64,000 nt of DNA from Lama guanicoe (lineage: Eukaryota). The stretch lies in the NCBI GenBank assembly GCA_013239625.1, contig MU053652.1, forward strand, positions 3,213,902-3,277,901, in the 5' to 3' direction. Shown in pieces: positions 1-12,811 of this stretch. Within the stretch, counting starts at the first letter, position 1, and every line of letters starts with the position of its first letter. The position numbers and the translations under genes were made by a program. The notes under the pieces are model-generated. The model ran no database searches. It had not been told where the DNA came from and was given only the letters and a program-made list of their open reading frames with translations.

Positions 1-3000
1 GGAAGAATCACTGCTGTGCACCACCAGCCTGCCCCCCTGGGCTGCCCTCTCCCCTTGCCCGCCCCTGGCTTCCAGCAGTTGCCACTGACATTTGTTCCTC
101 AAAGATCCCAGCACTGTCCTCTTGGAACCATGCAGTCCCTTCAGCTGACACGTCTCAAACCCCAGTCTACTTTCCAGAGTTCTAAATTCCATTTTCTTAG
201 ATCTGTTCTCCCTCTGAATCAAGAATCAGTGTTGAGTGTGACTTTCTTTTTACGTAACTTCCTAAAGCATCCCTCATTCATTTCAGTGTTTTATGTTACT
301 TGTTTTCAAAGTGCTTAGTGTTCACTGTGTTACCGCTGAACTTTGGGAACCTACTCATTGGAGTACACCTTTTTTTTACACATTTAATATTTTGTAGAAC
401 ACACTCTAACCTTTTCCTCTCATCCCTTGTCCCTCTATTGCACTCTCATTGCCAGCTGTCTTCTGTCTCTTCTATACCTTGTTGAAAACTTGAACCTCAG
501 CTATAAAAAGGTACACATACCCATAACCCCCTCTTCTTAACCTGATTTTCTTCTCATTCCCACTTAACATTTTCTCCTCTTTTATTGATACTTAATATGG
601 TTTAAGTTTACATACTGTGACAAGTTTGTCCAGCCCCCTTACTCACTCTTTGCCTCCCTCGCACGCCCTGGGCTTACTGTACTCTTTTCTTTCACTGTCT
701 TTGTCTGTAATCTGTGTAGTGTTCCTCTCCTTTGTCCCACTTTTATTTCCTCTATTATTGAATAAGGAGATTTTCATCTCATTTTTGTTTCTTCTCATGG
801 ACTCCGTTAGTCCTGTGTGTAACTCTAGGTCCACATGTCTATCTTGTACCTCTTTCTCTTCTCTGCTGTGTTTAGACCCGCTGCCTTATCTGTCCCCCAT
901 TCCATTTGTCCAGTGCCATCTTTCTCATGAAATCAGAAGTCCTTTCTAGATATGGATGTGCAATTTTCAATCCCATTCCATGGCACCCTTTCCCCCATGT
1001 CACCTGAATTCCTCTTTATCTATTTCTTAACCTCTTTTCGCCTTCCTTTGTTTAGAATTGTATTGAATGTGCAACTCAGTCTGTCTGTCCCACTTTGCCC
1101 TCTTCTAATATTCTGCTCTAATGTATGTATTTGCCCTCTGACTCGCTTCCATCCTGCCTTCACTTGCTTCAATACTTTTGGCCCATCTTTAATCCTCTGT
1201 CCACTTCCTTCACTAATGCACTACTTCTACTGCCCTCAGTAAGGGTCTCTTCATTGTGAAACTGCTTTGCCCAATATTTAATCTACTTACTCTGAACTGT
1301 CTCTTCCAGACATTGCTCTTTTTACTTAGTTTCTATCACTGTAGTCTTCCTTGTTCCATTAGATTGTTAGAATGCCAAACCCTGTTTTTACTATGCCGTT
1401 CCTCACATGATCTTTCCCATCTAAAGTTTAATTCTGCTTTTCCACCCATTTTCTTTTTTTCCCCCCATTCTACCTTTTATTAGCTATCCATATACTGAGT
1501 ATGTACCATTCTCTATACATTCACTAATACCATGCTCTTTGGTTCCTCTCTGTTTTCTACATTCATTGCTCAATCCATTTCTGTATTTCTTCTTTGTTAC
1601 ATATTTTGCTGAATTGCTTTGGTTTTCTATTCATTCCACTAGGATCCCTGTAACTTGCCTCGTTTTAGGTCCACTTTACTGAACCTGTCTCTAACCTTTC
1701 TGTTGACTGCACTTTTTATGCAAACTTAGTTTCCTGGATACTGACCTTCTTATGTCTCACTTTCAGTTATCACTTTATCTCCCCCCCCTTTCTTCCTTTA
1801 AGAAATGCCTCACCACACAATTCTCTTCCTGACTCAGATCCTTCACAAGTACAAGCAATTTTCATTATCCTTGCTTTAAAACATGCTGAATAACAGTTTT
1901 TGTTAGTAAACACTGACACAGCAGTATCTTAAATTTGAGAAAGCCCATAACCATCTTCCTTTAAAAAAAAACTATCATATTTGCTCAACCATCACAAAAA
2001 CACCATTATAAAAACTTTTAAGTATTTCTTATACTATAAACCATTTTAAAGGACAACCATGTAATTATTTAACATAAAATTCATTCATTAGTGTGCAAGT
2101 TTGTTATGTAGTACAAAATGACCCCATACTATGATATGATTGTAATTGCATTCTCCTTTAAACTGCCTGGAATAATAAAAGGTTCTCAAGAGAAATAACA
2201 AGTACATATACATCTTTAAAATACAACATATGAATAAGAAACTTTTGGGAAACATTTACTTACCAACTGGTGAGCTGCTGGAGGTGTTCCGCAGATATTG
2301 CAGGGAAGATGACAGGACTAATGCACAACATATTTAAAAACTCGGAGCACAGGAAGGAAGCCTATCAGCAAAAGAACTATGACCACAGCAAACATACACC
2401 ATCCCGAACAGACCTGTGAACTCTGAAGTCTGCCAGCACAAGAATGCTAACTCACCAGACCAAGTTCCCCGAGCACATACACAGAGAAAAACTTTTCATG
2501 TTAACAAGTATTCTGATAGTAGCAGAGAGCTGGTGAAACCTGCATTCCTTCCTCTGGTCTCAGTAATATTTTCCATTCTGCACCTCGCATATTTAAAATG
2601 TGCCCTAATGCGTACATCCCTTCTCCAACTAGCATCTTCTCTCCCTTCCCCTTTCCTCTTTTTTTTAATGTAAGTCTTTGCAGTTGCTTCTTCCACTTTT
2701 AGCCAGTCCTGACATGATTCTTTAACATCTCAGCAAACTAACATCACACTCATAGGTGGGTCTTCCATAACTCCTTTTGAATATTTGCCCTACCAGATCT
2801 TAAATATTTTCCTCATCTTTCACCCAGAGACTCTATAATATATCAGTGAATGCAGTGTTATTCTCTTGAGGTTTAATATCATGATCCTCAACCACTCCTC
2901 AACCGTAGTATTCATTTGTTCCACTAGAAAAAGTATCCAATCCACATCTTCTAAAAGTTCAATCAATGGTGATGTTTTTAAGATTTCCACCAATGGCTTA

Positions 3001-3012
3001 TCAGGATTGATC

Positions 3013-3187
3013 TTTTTTTTAAAATGTCATGTTTGTTTTTCTTTTTTATAATTTTATTTACTATTATTTCTGTGGAGGTAATTAGGTTTGTCTATTTATT
3101 TATCTTTAGAGGAAATACTGGGAATTGAACCCAGGGCCTTGTGCATGCTAAGCACGCACTCTACCACTTGAGCTACATCCTCCCCCT
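3013..3187 (-). mobile_element. tRNA-derived SINE, camelid vic-1-like
   Basis: The - strand has GGGGGAGGATGTAGCTCAAGTGGTAGAG...GGTTCAATTCCC (A and B boxes), CCTAATTACCTCC and an A-rich tail. TSD ggattgatc at 3004-3012 and 3189-3197. Confidence 0.85.
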
Positions 3188-6100
3188 GGGATTGATCCTA
3201 ATCCATCACTTTTAACCTTTCCTAGCAAGCAATCACTTCAGTCGTAACTTTCCCACTAAAACTTCAAGAGCCATCCCGCCCAGGTCCTGTTCTTTTTCAG
3301 ACCCCAGATCCTCCTTCATTCTGCATAGAGTTCTGAGACTTGACAGTTGTGTGTTTGTTTCATTCACACCTGATCTGTCTTGTTGCCATTCCATCTACTC
3401 AGAACTGCTCTCTAATTCATATAAGGCCCCTTTACTTACTTGCCATCCTCTCTACTTTCTTTTTATTCTGTCATGACCTTTGGCCTAAGTATGGAGCAGT
3501 AGCTGTTTCTCCCATCAGTATGACTATTTAAATAATGTCTTTCCATCCACAAGCAACTTGCACATTGGTCTTCTATTCCTTTTCTCCTTTCTTCTGCTGC
3601 TGCAAACTCCCTACATTTCCTCCAGCATTCCTTCTTCTTTCAGCAGAATCATTCTGGTGCATCTAATTCTCTCTTCTGGAATGTACACTTTTGATATTCA
3701 GCACTTAGAATTTAGCCTTCATCTTCCTTACTTCCTACACTCTGTACTGAAATCTGTTTCCACTCTCCATTGAGTCTGGACCTTCCTAAGATTCCTGCTC
3801 CAGCCTATTTGAAGTCACATTTAATCACGTTTAATCACTCTCTAACTTCTCACTCTGTTGACTACACTGATTGCTTCAAATCTTTTTCCAGCAAAGCTTT
3901 CTGAGCAGCAACACATCATACAAGTTCTTTCTAGTGATATTCTCACCTCTTTCTTCAGTTGGTTGCCAACTGCCTTACCATACAGCTCTTCACTGAACTT
4001 CTGATTCTGGTCTCTCGGTGTTCCTCCTCCTGGCTTTCTTCAGTGCCCTTCCCTGTTCAACATTCTGCAGAACTGCATGCTCTGCACCTCAGCCTATAGC
4101 CTACACTCCTTCTCCTCATTTAGATTTCAGCCTGAATTTTTTTCTACTTTTTCCTTCTTTATCTTTTTAAAAATACATGTCTCAGTGGTTTCTCTCACAG
4201 CCAGTCCTAACATGATACTTTAATTTCTGAAGACTTTACCATCGTACCTCAACGAGGTCTTCGTGATTTCCTTTATTTGCCCTATCATATACACACATAT
4301 AATATTTTCAGCTTCCATCTCTAATCACAGTGATTACATTAATTAGTCTTCTCTTGAGTTATACTCCCACTCACTTCTTACCAAATACAGTTCATCTTTT
4401 CACCAGATAAACTACCACCCACATTCTCCAGTTGGTCAAACCAACATTGTTCAGGTTGCTGTCAATGGCTTTTCATCAAGATTCATCCTAATCTTCCCCC
4501 TCTAACTGTTTTTATCAACCAAGCCCTTTCATTAAAATGTTCTGTTCCCCCCAAATTCATACACCTACTACCCTACTTTTTTATATCTTAAAATTATGCT
4601 ATATATGACTGAGATTTTTTTAAAGAAATAAAACAATGTACATATAATTGAAACTTCCTTTGTACCACTTTAGAATTATTTACCTCTCTCCCTTCTAAGA
4701 GAAAATCACCAAATAATCTGATACTTTTCCTCATACATATTTTATAATTGTTATAAATATTCATGTATCTCTAAATAGGTAATGTTATCTTCGAGGGTTT
4801 TAAATATATGTAGATATATATAAATTCTTAAAAAAAATTTCTCCCATCAAGACTTTAATTGCTAGTCTACTTTCTAACTCCTGTTCACTCCTGTGCAGGC
4901 CTTTACATCTCTCTCATTATATATACCACTCATTGTAATCTTTAACACCAAACAGTTTTAACCAGTTAGAACTCTCCTGAAATCTGACAGACTTCTCCAT
5001 TCTGGTCTCTTTAGTCCACGTCTTATTTGCCTTTTTGCTCCTCTAACTACTGAGAACCCCACTCTAATTCATGCAGTGCTCCCGTTACATAGATTAAGAC
5101 CCTCCTCTTCTTTCTCATTCTGTCACACTCTGCCATGTCTTCACTAGCCATTCAGCTGCTACCCTGTATCACAGCAGTGGAGACAATATTTTTCTCCTAG
5201 GGTTTACTTCCCTAATGATTCCCAACCATTCCTCAAGAAACACAGTATTCTCTATAGACAAACACTGGCCCATGTTCCCAACTGGTCAATCCTGATGTAT
5301 TTTAAGAGTACTACAATGTCATTTTAGGAGAATTCATCATAATAAAACTCCCCTTAAACTTTCCTGTTAACTAAAAAAAATCTACTCACAGAATTAATGC
5401 CCGTCTCTAATTCCCACTTCTCTCCAGGTCCTTGAAACTCTGTTAGATGTACCATTCATTACCATTGGGCCTTCCCATCCAATTTGAATATTCAAACCCA
5501 TTTCAAGATCTCCATTCTTTCCTAAACTACTTCTGCTGGTTTGGTGCATCAGATAAAGTAATTATCACTTAGAAAATCACAACATTTTGTAGTCAACTAA
5601 ATTAATTAATAAAAAGTAATGTCTTAATCAAAAAGTGTTCAGTGCATGTGATACTACAAATCATAAAGGTCTCATATGTTAGCCTAAGTTATAATTTATA
5701 CGTCTGTAGTTAATATTAAGATCATAAACTAACCTTACTTTGAGTTAGTTAATCGTCTTTATATATAAGGACATTTTAATTTTAAAATACCTGTGATATT
5801 ATTTGCTACATTATAGAAGAAAAATCTCCATTCTGGGTCTCTTTATTACACACCTGATATGTATTGTTGCCACTCCGTTTACTCTAAAGTCTTCTCTAGT
5901 TCATACAGTGGTCCTTTACGCAACTGACAAACTCTCTTCTTATTCCAGCACAACCTTGGTCTAAATATGGTGCCATAATCCACTAGTCAATTGATGCCAT
6001 TTCTAAGATCATCCCTTCACAACTGCAGGAACCTTCACTTTGCTCTTCCATTCCTTTCCTCCTGTTTCTTATTTTGCCTTAGAGAAACATGCTGCCATGT

Positions 6101-7573
6101 CCCTCCTTTCAGCTTCCACCTGCATAGACATCATGCTTACAGATTCAGCTGTCCCTTTAGGTAGATACTCCCCTCCTGTCAGGCACTGGCTGCTCCACCC
6201 CTGCCGTCTCCCCTTTGTGTCCTACATTGTTTACTGCATCCGTTTGTACTCTCGGTGCAGCATAAACGACCATAGGCTTCCTGCCACTGGCCCGTCTTGT
6301 GTGTCCATCCCACTTAGCCTGTTTCAGACCATTCACCATATTGAAACCTATTATTTCTAGTATTTTTCCAAAAAAGAACCCTGGACAGCAAAACCTCATA
6401 CTCCAATTCTTACTTTGCTACATTTTTACCTTACTTTCTCTCCATCTTAATGCATAACTCTGACAAATATCCAACTCCCATTTCCTAATGTTCCCATTTA
6501 GCCCTCTTTAATGCCCTTCCAGGTTTATTTTTCTACACTGCATGTTCTGTACCCTTAGCCTCACTCACAAACTTTTTCCTTATTTAGCTTCCAGCCTCCA
6601 TCTTTTGCTCTTTCCTTCTTTGCTATTTTTTTCATACCAGTCTCCTCAGCTGCTTCTCTCACTTTCTGCAAATCCTAATATATTTCCTTAATTTCTGAAT
6701 CTATCTTTAACATCCCTCTTATAGGACTTTCTTTCCAATTTCCCTCTGGAGAATTCCCCCATGTATCTTAACCTTTCATAGTGATGAATGCAGAGTCTTT
6801 TTGAGGTTTCCTCCTCTCCTTATCCCCATTCTCTTCCTCACTCAACACCAATTTTCTACTCTTTAGACAAGTCTTCCCATTAGATTGTTTCTAACCTGTC
6901 TTCTCCCTTTCTCATCAAGGTCTTCCCCAGGCCTGGTGCCGTATGCTTCCCATTAGTATCAGTGACCATTTCTGTGTCAATATTAAGTGATACCTTGTCA
7001 TCTGGCGGCAATTTTACTTTTGCTATTTTACTCCTTTTTTATTTTGCCTTAGAAAACTACCTTCTGTTCAGCACCGCTCCTTCATTCAGAGACTACGCAC
7101 ATACACATCACTCCTAATACAGTGCTCTTTCTAGATAAACGGATTCCTCATATTCAGTGTTCACTGATCAGACTCTGTGGACTGGATTATAGCTCCTTCC
7201 CATGTTAGCCTCTCCACACAGCTTCCTGAACAGTTCCCCCTCATAACCTCAGCTCTTATTTAGCCACATTCCCTCCTTGCTCCCTCTCTCTGAGTGGCTG
7301 TGATCTGGATTAACATAAAATCACTGTTAAAGTTCCCACCCTCCCGTGTCCCGACAGTTGTCACTCTAGCGCTATCTGATGCCCCCACTAGCGGCCACGT
7401 TACTCTCCTGCAGGTCCATTTTCCCCTTTTCACTCTCCATTCTCTCCTTATCAACTATCCTCTCTTACAAGTCTCCTCAGTTGCTTCTGTAATTTTCAGC
7501 TACTCCTAATATGACAGCTTGCTAGCAAAGATTTTTTTTATCAGAATTACTTTTAATCTGCCTTCATCTAAAG

Positions 7574-7720
7574 CAGTGGCTCTCAAACTGCAGTTTGTTA
7601 AAATACACACTGCTGGGCCCCACCCCAGATTTCTGATTCAGTAGGACTGGTGGGGCCAAAGAATTTATATTGCTAAATATTCCTAGACAGTGCTAACAGA
7701 ACACATTTTAAGAAGCACTG
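7574..7720. mobile_element. MER5A-like hAT-Charlie MITE
   Basis: TIRs cagtggctctcaaa / tttaagaagcactg, internal ctgggccccaccccagatttctgattcagtagg, and a degenerate 8-bp TSD atctaaag / ctctaaac. Confidence 0.8.
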
Positions 7721-10700
7721 CTCTAAACTTTCCCTTCAACAAGCCCTTTAATTAAAAATTTCCCACCAGGGCTTCAAGAGCAAGTTTGCTTCTTTTCAGA
7801 CCTTTATTTCTCTCCCATTTTGTCCACTAGTCATTGCAGTCCAGCTTATACCCCACATACGGACCAGCTAGGCCCATGTTCACATCTGACGGGATTCTTC
7901 ATACTGGGATTCTGCATGGTGCATGGAGTTTTTCTTAGTACCAGGCCACCTACTCAGAATCGCTCTCCAGTCTCTGCAACACTCCTCTTAGCTTTAGCCC
8001 CACTTCTTCTGTGTCTTTTGGCCCAAATATGGGATCTGCTCCCTCCAGTCAATACCTGTCATTCTTCGGATGACCTTCTTTAATCTGGGGGCACCTGTAA
8101 TGTTACTCTCCCATTCCTTTTCCCTTGTTACCTGTCTTGCCCTAAAGAAATATACTACCTTATATCTTCAGTTCCTCTTCTTTTTGCTACCATCTATATT
8201 CATTCGGGTGGATTCAGTCTCCTCCAGAGCGGCACTCCCTAGCCAGGTTCTCTCCCCAGTAGCTGTCTCGGACTTTCAGAGAATCTTCACATGACAGAGT
8301 AAATAAGAATAACTTTAATGTGGCATTTGCATGATACGCATTTGTATCTCCCTTTGGTGGTTTGCCCTCCCACATAATTAGTTACATATAGTATAATTTC
8401 ATCTACCATCTGTACATGGAAATAACAGAAGTTTTACTCTGGAGCTTACGTGATCCTTAGCCAGTCATCTCCCAGGATTAGTCATCCATGCTACAGACAA
8501 ATGACTCAAGAGATTTTATCCTCGTGTCTCTAAGGTTGCTGGTGTGTTTTTACATCAGGGTTCATATCTTAATCCATCTCCTTCTAACCCTCCTACCTAA
8601 AACTTCCCACCAAAACTTCCCATATTGTTCAGACCCTATTCTTCCACCATATGTACTGCTTTTCACAGTCTGGTATTACAAGCCATCATTTGACCAAGCC
8701 GACCCATCGTAAAACCTCCCCCATGGGAAGCTCTCTCCCTCGTCTTGTCTGCCCGTGCCACTCCACCTGCTCTCTGCACCTCTTTGTATGGTGCTCCCTT
8801 TACAGAGCATCCAGTCTCTCTCCTTCCTCATCTAATCATGACCTTTGGTACAAGTACGGTGCCGTATCCCTCCTGCCAGTACCTGCCAGCTTCAAAGGAC
8901 CCCATCTCTTCTGTAGGCTCTTCCACCCTTTCCTTGACTGACCCTAGAGAAACACCTGTGCTACCTACACAGTTACTCGGCTTTTCAGCTGCCATCTTTA
9001 TATCATTTCTCATGGACTGAGTACTGTTTTCTTTCATGTTCCTTGTTTCCTCCACACTATTCTGAATACATTTGCCCTCTCAGTTCGGTGCCGACTTTCA
9101 TGGGATTCCTTCCACTGGCTGTGGCTTGGATACATCCCATTTAGAATCGAACATTTCACTCCACTGGTCACACTTGTTGCTTCAAATACCATTCAAGCAA
9201 AGGTCCCCAGTCAGTGAGGGACTCCCTCGTTAATACCAGCCTTAGTAGCCACTTCCACCTCATTCTCTCTCCTTCTTTGGTTGTAATCTAGCTTAGCTCA
9301 CACCTCTCTACTTCATATGCAGCCCTGCCATTTTCCAGTGTTCCTCATTCTGGCCCCCTTTAACGCCCTTCCCTACTCACACCGTATAGGCGACACCCCC
9401 GCTCAGATCCCGTGTCTTCCCTCTGTTTTCAGCTTCCAGCCTCCATCTTCCTTCTCTCTTCCTCCATGATATTGTCATACAAGTCTCCCTAGGAAATGTC
9501 TGTCACTTTTAGCCATGGCAGGGTCACTTCTAAGAACAACCAGTTGTAATGGCGCACTATGCAGCCATCTACCTACCATCTCTTACCTGCCCGTCACCCT
9601 TTCACTTACCATCTCTCTACAGAAGGAATGGATGCAGATTACCTCTCTTCAGATGGATTGCCTCAGAATCTTCACCCATTCCTCATCTACTACAGTCATC
9701 TCTTCTCTGGACAAACACCTGTTCTCACCCTCTAGTAAGGAACCTCATCTCTGTAAAGTTGCCAGCAATAGGTTCTTCTCAGCATTCATCATAAGCAGCT
9801 TCTTTGAAACTTTTCTGTTACCCGAGTCCTTTAACAATTTCCCTCCAATTGGTGCTTCAGGAGCTAATCTACTACTCAGGTCCTCACTCCTCACTCTCTG
9901 TATAATCCTCATTGCAGTACAGTCTCTACATCCAAAATGTGACCAATTAGACCTGTTTTGAGCTCTGCCAGGATTCCCCATTCAAGATCCTAATTCCACA
10001 CCTGCTCTGCCTCAAATGCTCGCCACTCTGTATAGCATTTCCTTTCTTTGCTTCTAGTCTCTTTTCTTTCTTATTCCCTTGTGACTTTCGGCCCAAGAAT
10101 GCTGTCTTGTTCTTCCAGCTGATGTCTGTTATTCCTTACCCGCTCCTTACCATCTGAGGGCAACTTTAACCTTATTTTTCTATACCTTTCTTCATTTCCT
10201 CCCATATTTATCCTTGAGAAAAACCTTACCTCTAGCATCCCTCCTGCCACATAGGTAGCGTTTTCCTGACAGGCATGTAGTCCTCATTTGGGGCACCCAC
10301 TGCTCGACTTGCTTTCATCTGCCTTGATTTCCTGCACACTTTCCTGCATCCGTTCCTTCTCGGCTCAGTCCAGACCTGTGTGGATTGCTGCGGCTGGCCT
10401 GTGTTTCAGGTCCATCCCTCCTGCCCTCTTTTGCCCTAGTGACCACATCCTTTTCTGTAACTGTCATTCCAACAAAGCATTCTGGGATCTCCTCATGACC
10501 CCATTTATTTAGTCCCGTGATGCCATATGCCACACTGCATGCCCTGCACCCCAGCCTAATTCACACGGCTCCTTCCTTTCTTAGCATCCATCTTTTCTCT
10601 GATTCCCTCCAGTGGTTGAGACCTGGCAACTCCCACCAGGGTTCCCGTGCTGATTCTGCATTTCTAAGTTTTTCTTCACACAAGTCTCCTCAGTAGTTGT

Positions 10701-12216
10701 CTCTTATTTTCAGTCAATCCTTACAAAATAAGCCTCATTTCTGAGAACAATTTTAATGTACATCTGCAGGGTATTCTCCTCTTACTCCCTCTGATTTTCT
10801 GCCTTGCTTTGCTCATGAAGCTTTCATCTTTAAATATGGCAGTGGACTCAGCATTGTTATGTTGGCATGGAAAGGCTCTCTCACCCCCCTCCTCATCACC
10901 CAGCGTTACTCATCCTTTCTCACAACAGTGACACTGCTCCCAACGGTTTTTAAGGGAGTTCACCTTAGATTCCCTGTAACCTCACTGTATTAACCAAACC
11001 ATTTGTTCCAGGAACATTATTTGTATTAATACCATTCCTATTTGCTTCCTTAATCCATTTCTCCTTATCACTTAGATACATGTCTTCTGTCTTTACTTAC
11101 ACGTAAAATCCAGTTTGCCCAGTCTGTGATCTACCATTGTTCCTGATTGTCTCCCCCTTTTCCTCTTCCTCATTTGCCTGCGGCCTCCATGAACGAAACT
11201 AGGGTTCATATCACTATCTACTAATCAACATCTATCCTGCCTCTCTGTTTTTAATTTGATCATGACCTTTGTCTATACCACAATCCCAATTTGCTCCTTT
11301 AATTTTTTTAAACACCTCAACTGACCCATTCTAGGTTTGTGTTTATTTCTACTTCTTTTCTTCTTCCTCCTTCCTCCTGCAGAACACCCTACCTTAACAA
11401 AGGTCATTCTTTCATCAGTCCCCTACTGTATTAAAAGATTCTGTGGTCTCAATAGGTACACTCTTTCCTATATACAGGGGTCAACCCACTACTAACATCT
11501 ATTAAATTTACTTGCTCTCTGAATTCAGATCTATTCTTCATAGGATTCCTACCAGTGGCTTTAATTATCCGTAACATTTCAGTCTCTCGAATGCCTCAGC
11601 TCATTAGAGCCTGCTGGAAAATATCTAGTCTCCTTCATCTGAAATATAAGATATTTCAGATTTGTTCCTAAACAGATTTTCTTCTTAGCACCTGTGTATT
11701 AGCATCTCTCTTGCTGTTTCCAATTACACCATGGCCTTTCTGGCCTTTCTTTTAGCTTGTGTACCTTCCTCTGCTTGCCAAAGCCCCTTTGCATCTTTTG
11801 AAATCCAGTTAAACTGTGTGTATATCCTTACAAATTTTTTAAACTTTTCCCAGGCTGTTAATCCTGCACTCCCATGCAGCACTCCATTAAACCTTATATT
11901 AGAGAACCTGTGACACTGAATTGTAATGTCATAGGTGTTATCTAGGTAGATCTTATCCAATTCCTAGACAATGGGCTCGTGAGGAAGGAGCTCATGTCTC
12001 AGTCATCTTTTTATCTAAGGGTCTGGCACATTCGTTTATACCTTTTACTGTAAACATATTGACTTTTTCCACATTTTGGATGAAGGGAGTGAGTTTAAAT
12101 TAAGACTGAGCAAATAAAAGTCTCACTAGCCAGCCTGTCATATATGGTCTTTACATTTGAGTTTATTCTCTCTTGTTCCTGCCTGTCCCCTAAATAACTT
12201 TCCAACTTCCCGATTT

Positions 12217-12220
<4 letters not shown>

Positions 12221-12252
<32 letters not shown>
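12221..12252. repeat. (TG)16 microsatellite
   Basis: Perfect TG dinucleotide run. Confidence 0.97.
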
Positions 12253-12257
<5 letters not shown>

Positions 12258-12775
12258 AAAACCTACTTATAAGCCTTTTCCAGACCATGGATTAGACCCT
12301 AGATTCTAAATGCCTTTTCTTTATCCATGATTAATAAATCCTCTCCTTCAGACAGTTCAGAAACTCCTACCTTCTTCATGAAGACTTCATATTCCTTCAT
12401 TTCTGATCATTTCCACCCATTATCTGAAAACATATAATTGCCCACTTGCTTTTCCACTGTAAGACACTCATTTTACCAACATTAGAACTTCATTACTGAC
12501 TGACCTACTCACTGTAGGTTGAAAGCTGTCATGAAGCCAGTTCATTCTGGTGACTTATGAACCCACTGTCTGTCCACAATCTACAGATATCAAGGACAGT
12601 ACCTCTAAACATACTGAGACTCCTATGGACTTGGCCAGTACTAATTTAATGATGTGTGCTTTTGACCATCCACATTTTATGCTTTGTTTATCGGCTCCCA
12701 AAGTAGTCATTCTTACGTTTCGACAGGCATGGCCAAAAGCCCCTTTAAAAGTATCTCCCCTACTGCCGTCCTTAC

Positions 12776-12811
12776 CTGCAGTCAGGTGCTCTACCGCTGA
12801 GCTATACCCCC
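12776..12811 (-). pseudogene. 5' half of tRNA-Cys(GCA), tailless retro-fragment
   Basis: The - strand reads GGGGGTATAGCTCAGCGGTAGAGCACCTGACTGCAG. This is 33/36 identical to the mammalian tRNA-Cys-GCA 5' half as I recall it, ends just after the anticodon, and has no T-arm. Confidence 0.8.

Larger units (their letters stand above)
1..11700. repeat. Degenerate long-period (~0.8-1.6 kb) tandem array in the large COPG2 intron
   Basis: Ordered homologous motifs recur, e.g. TCATGACCTTTGG..AA.TATGGTGC at 3471, 5951, ~6930, 8013, 8836, 10080, 11260 and AAGTCTCCTCAG..GCTTCT at ~2672, 4178, 6638, 7468, 9480, 10681. Confidence 0.7.

Noticed and set aside
3471..11280. Array units as a C/D-box snoRNA cluster like SNORD115/116
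   Set aside because: I found no recurrent RTGATGA...CTGA box pair with terminal stems at a fixed position in the units.
16..11960. Many 60-148 aa L/S/F/P-rich ORFs, or a hidden repeat-protein gene in the array
   Set aside because: Short ORFs arise from the pyrimidine bias. I could not see any frame preserved across homologous units on either strand.
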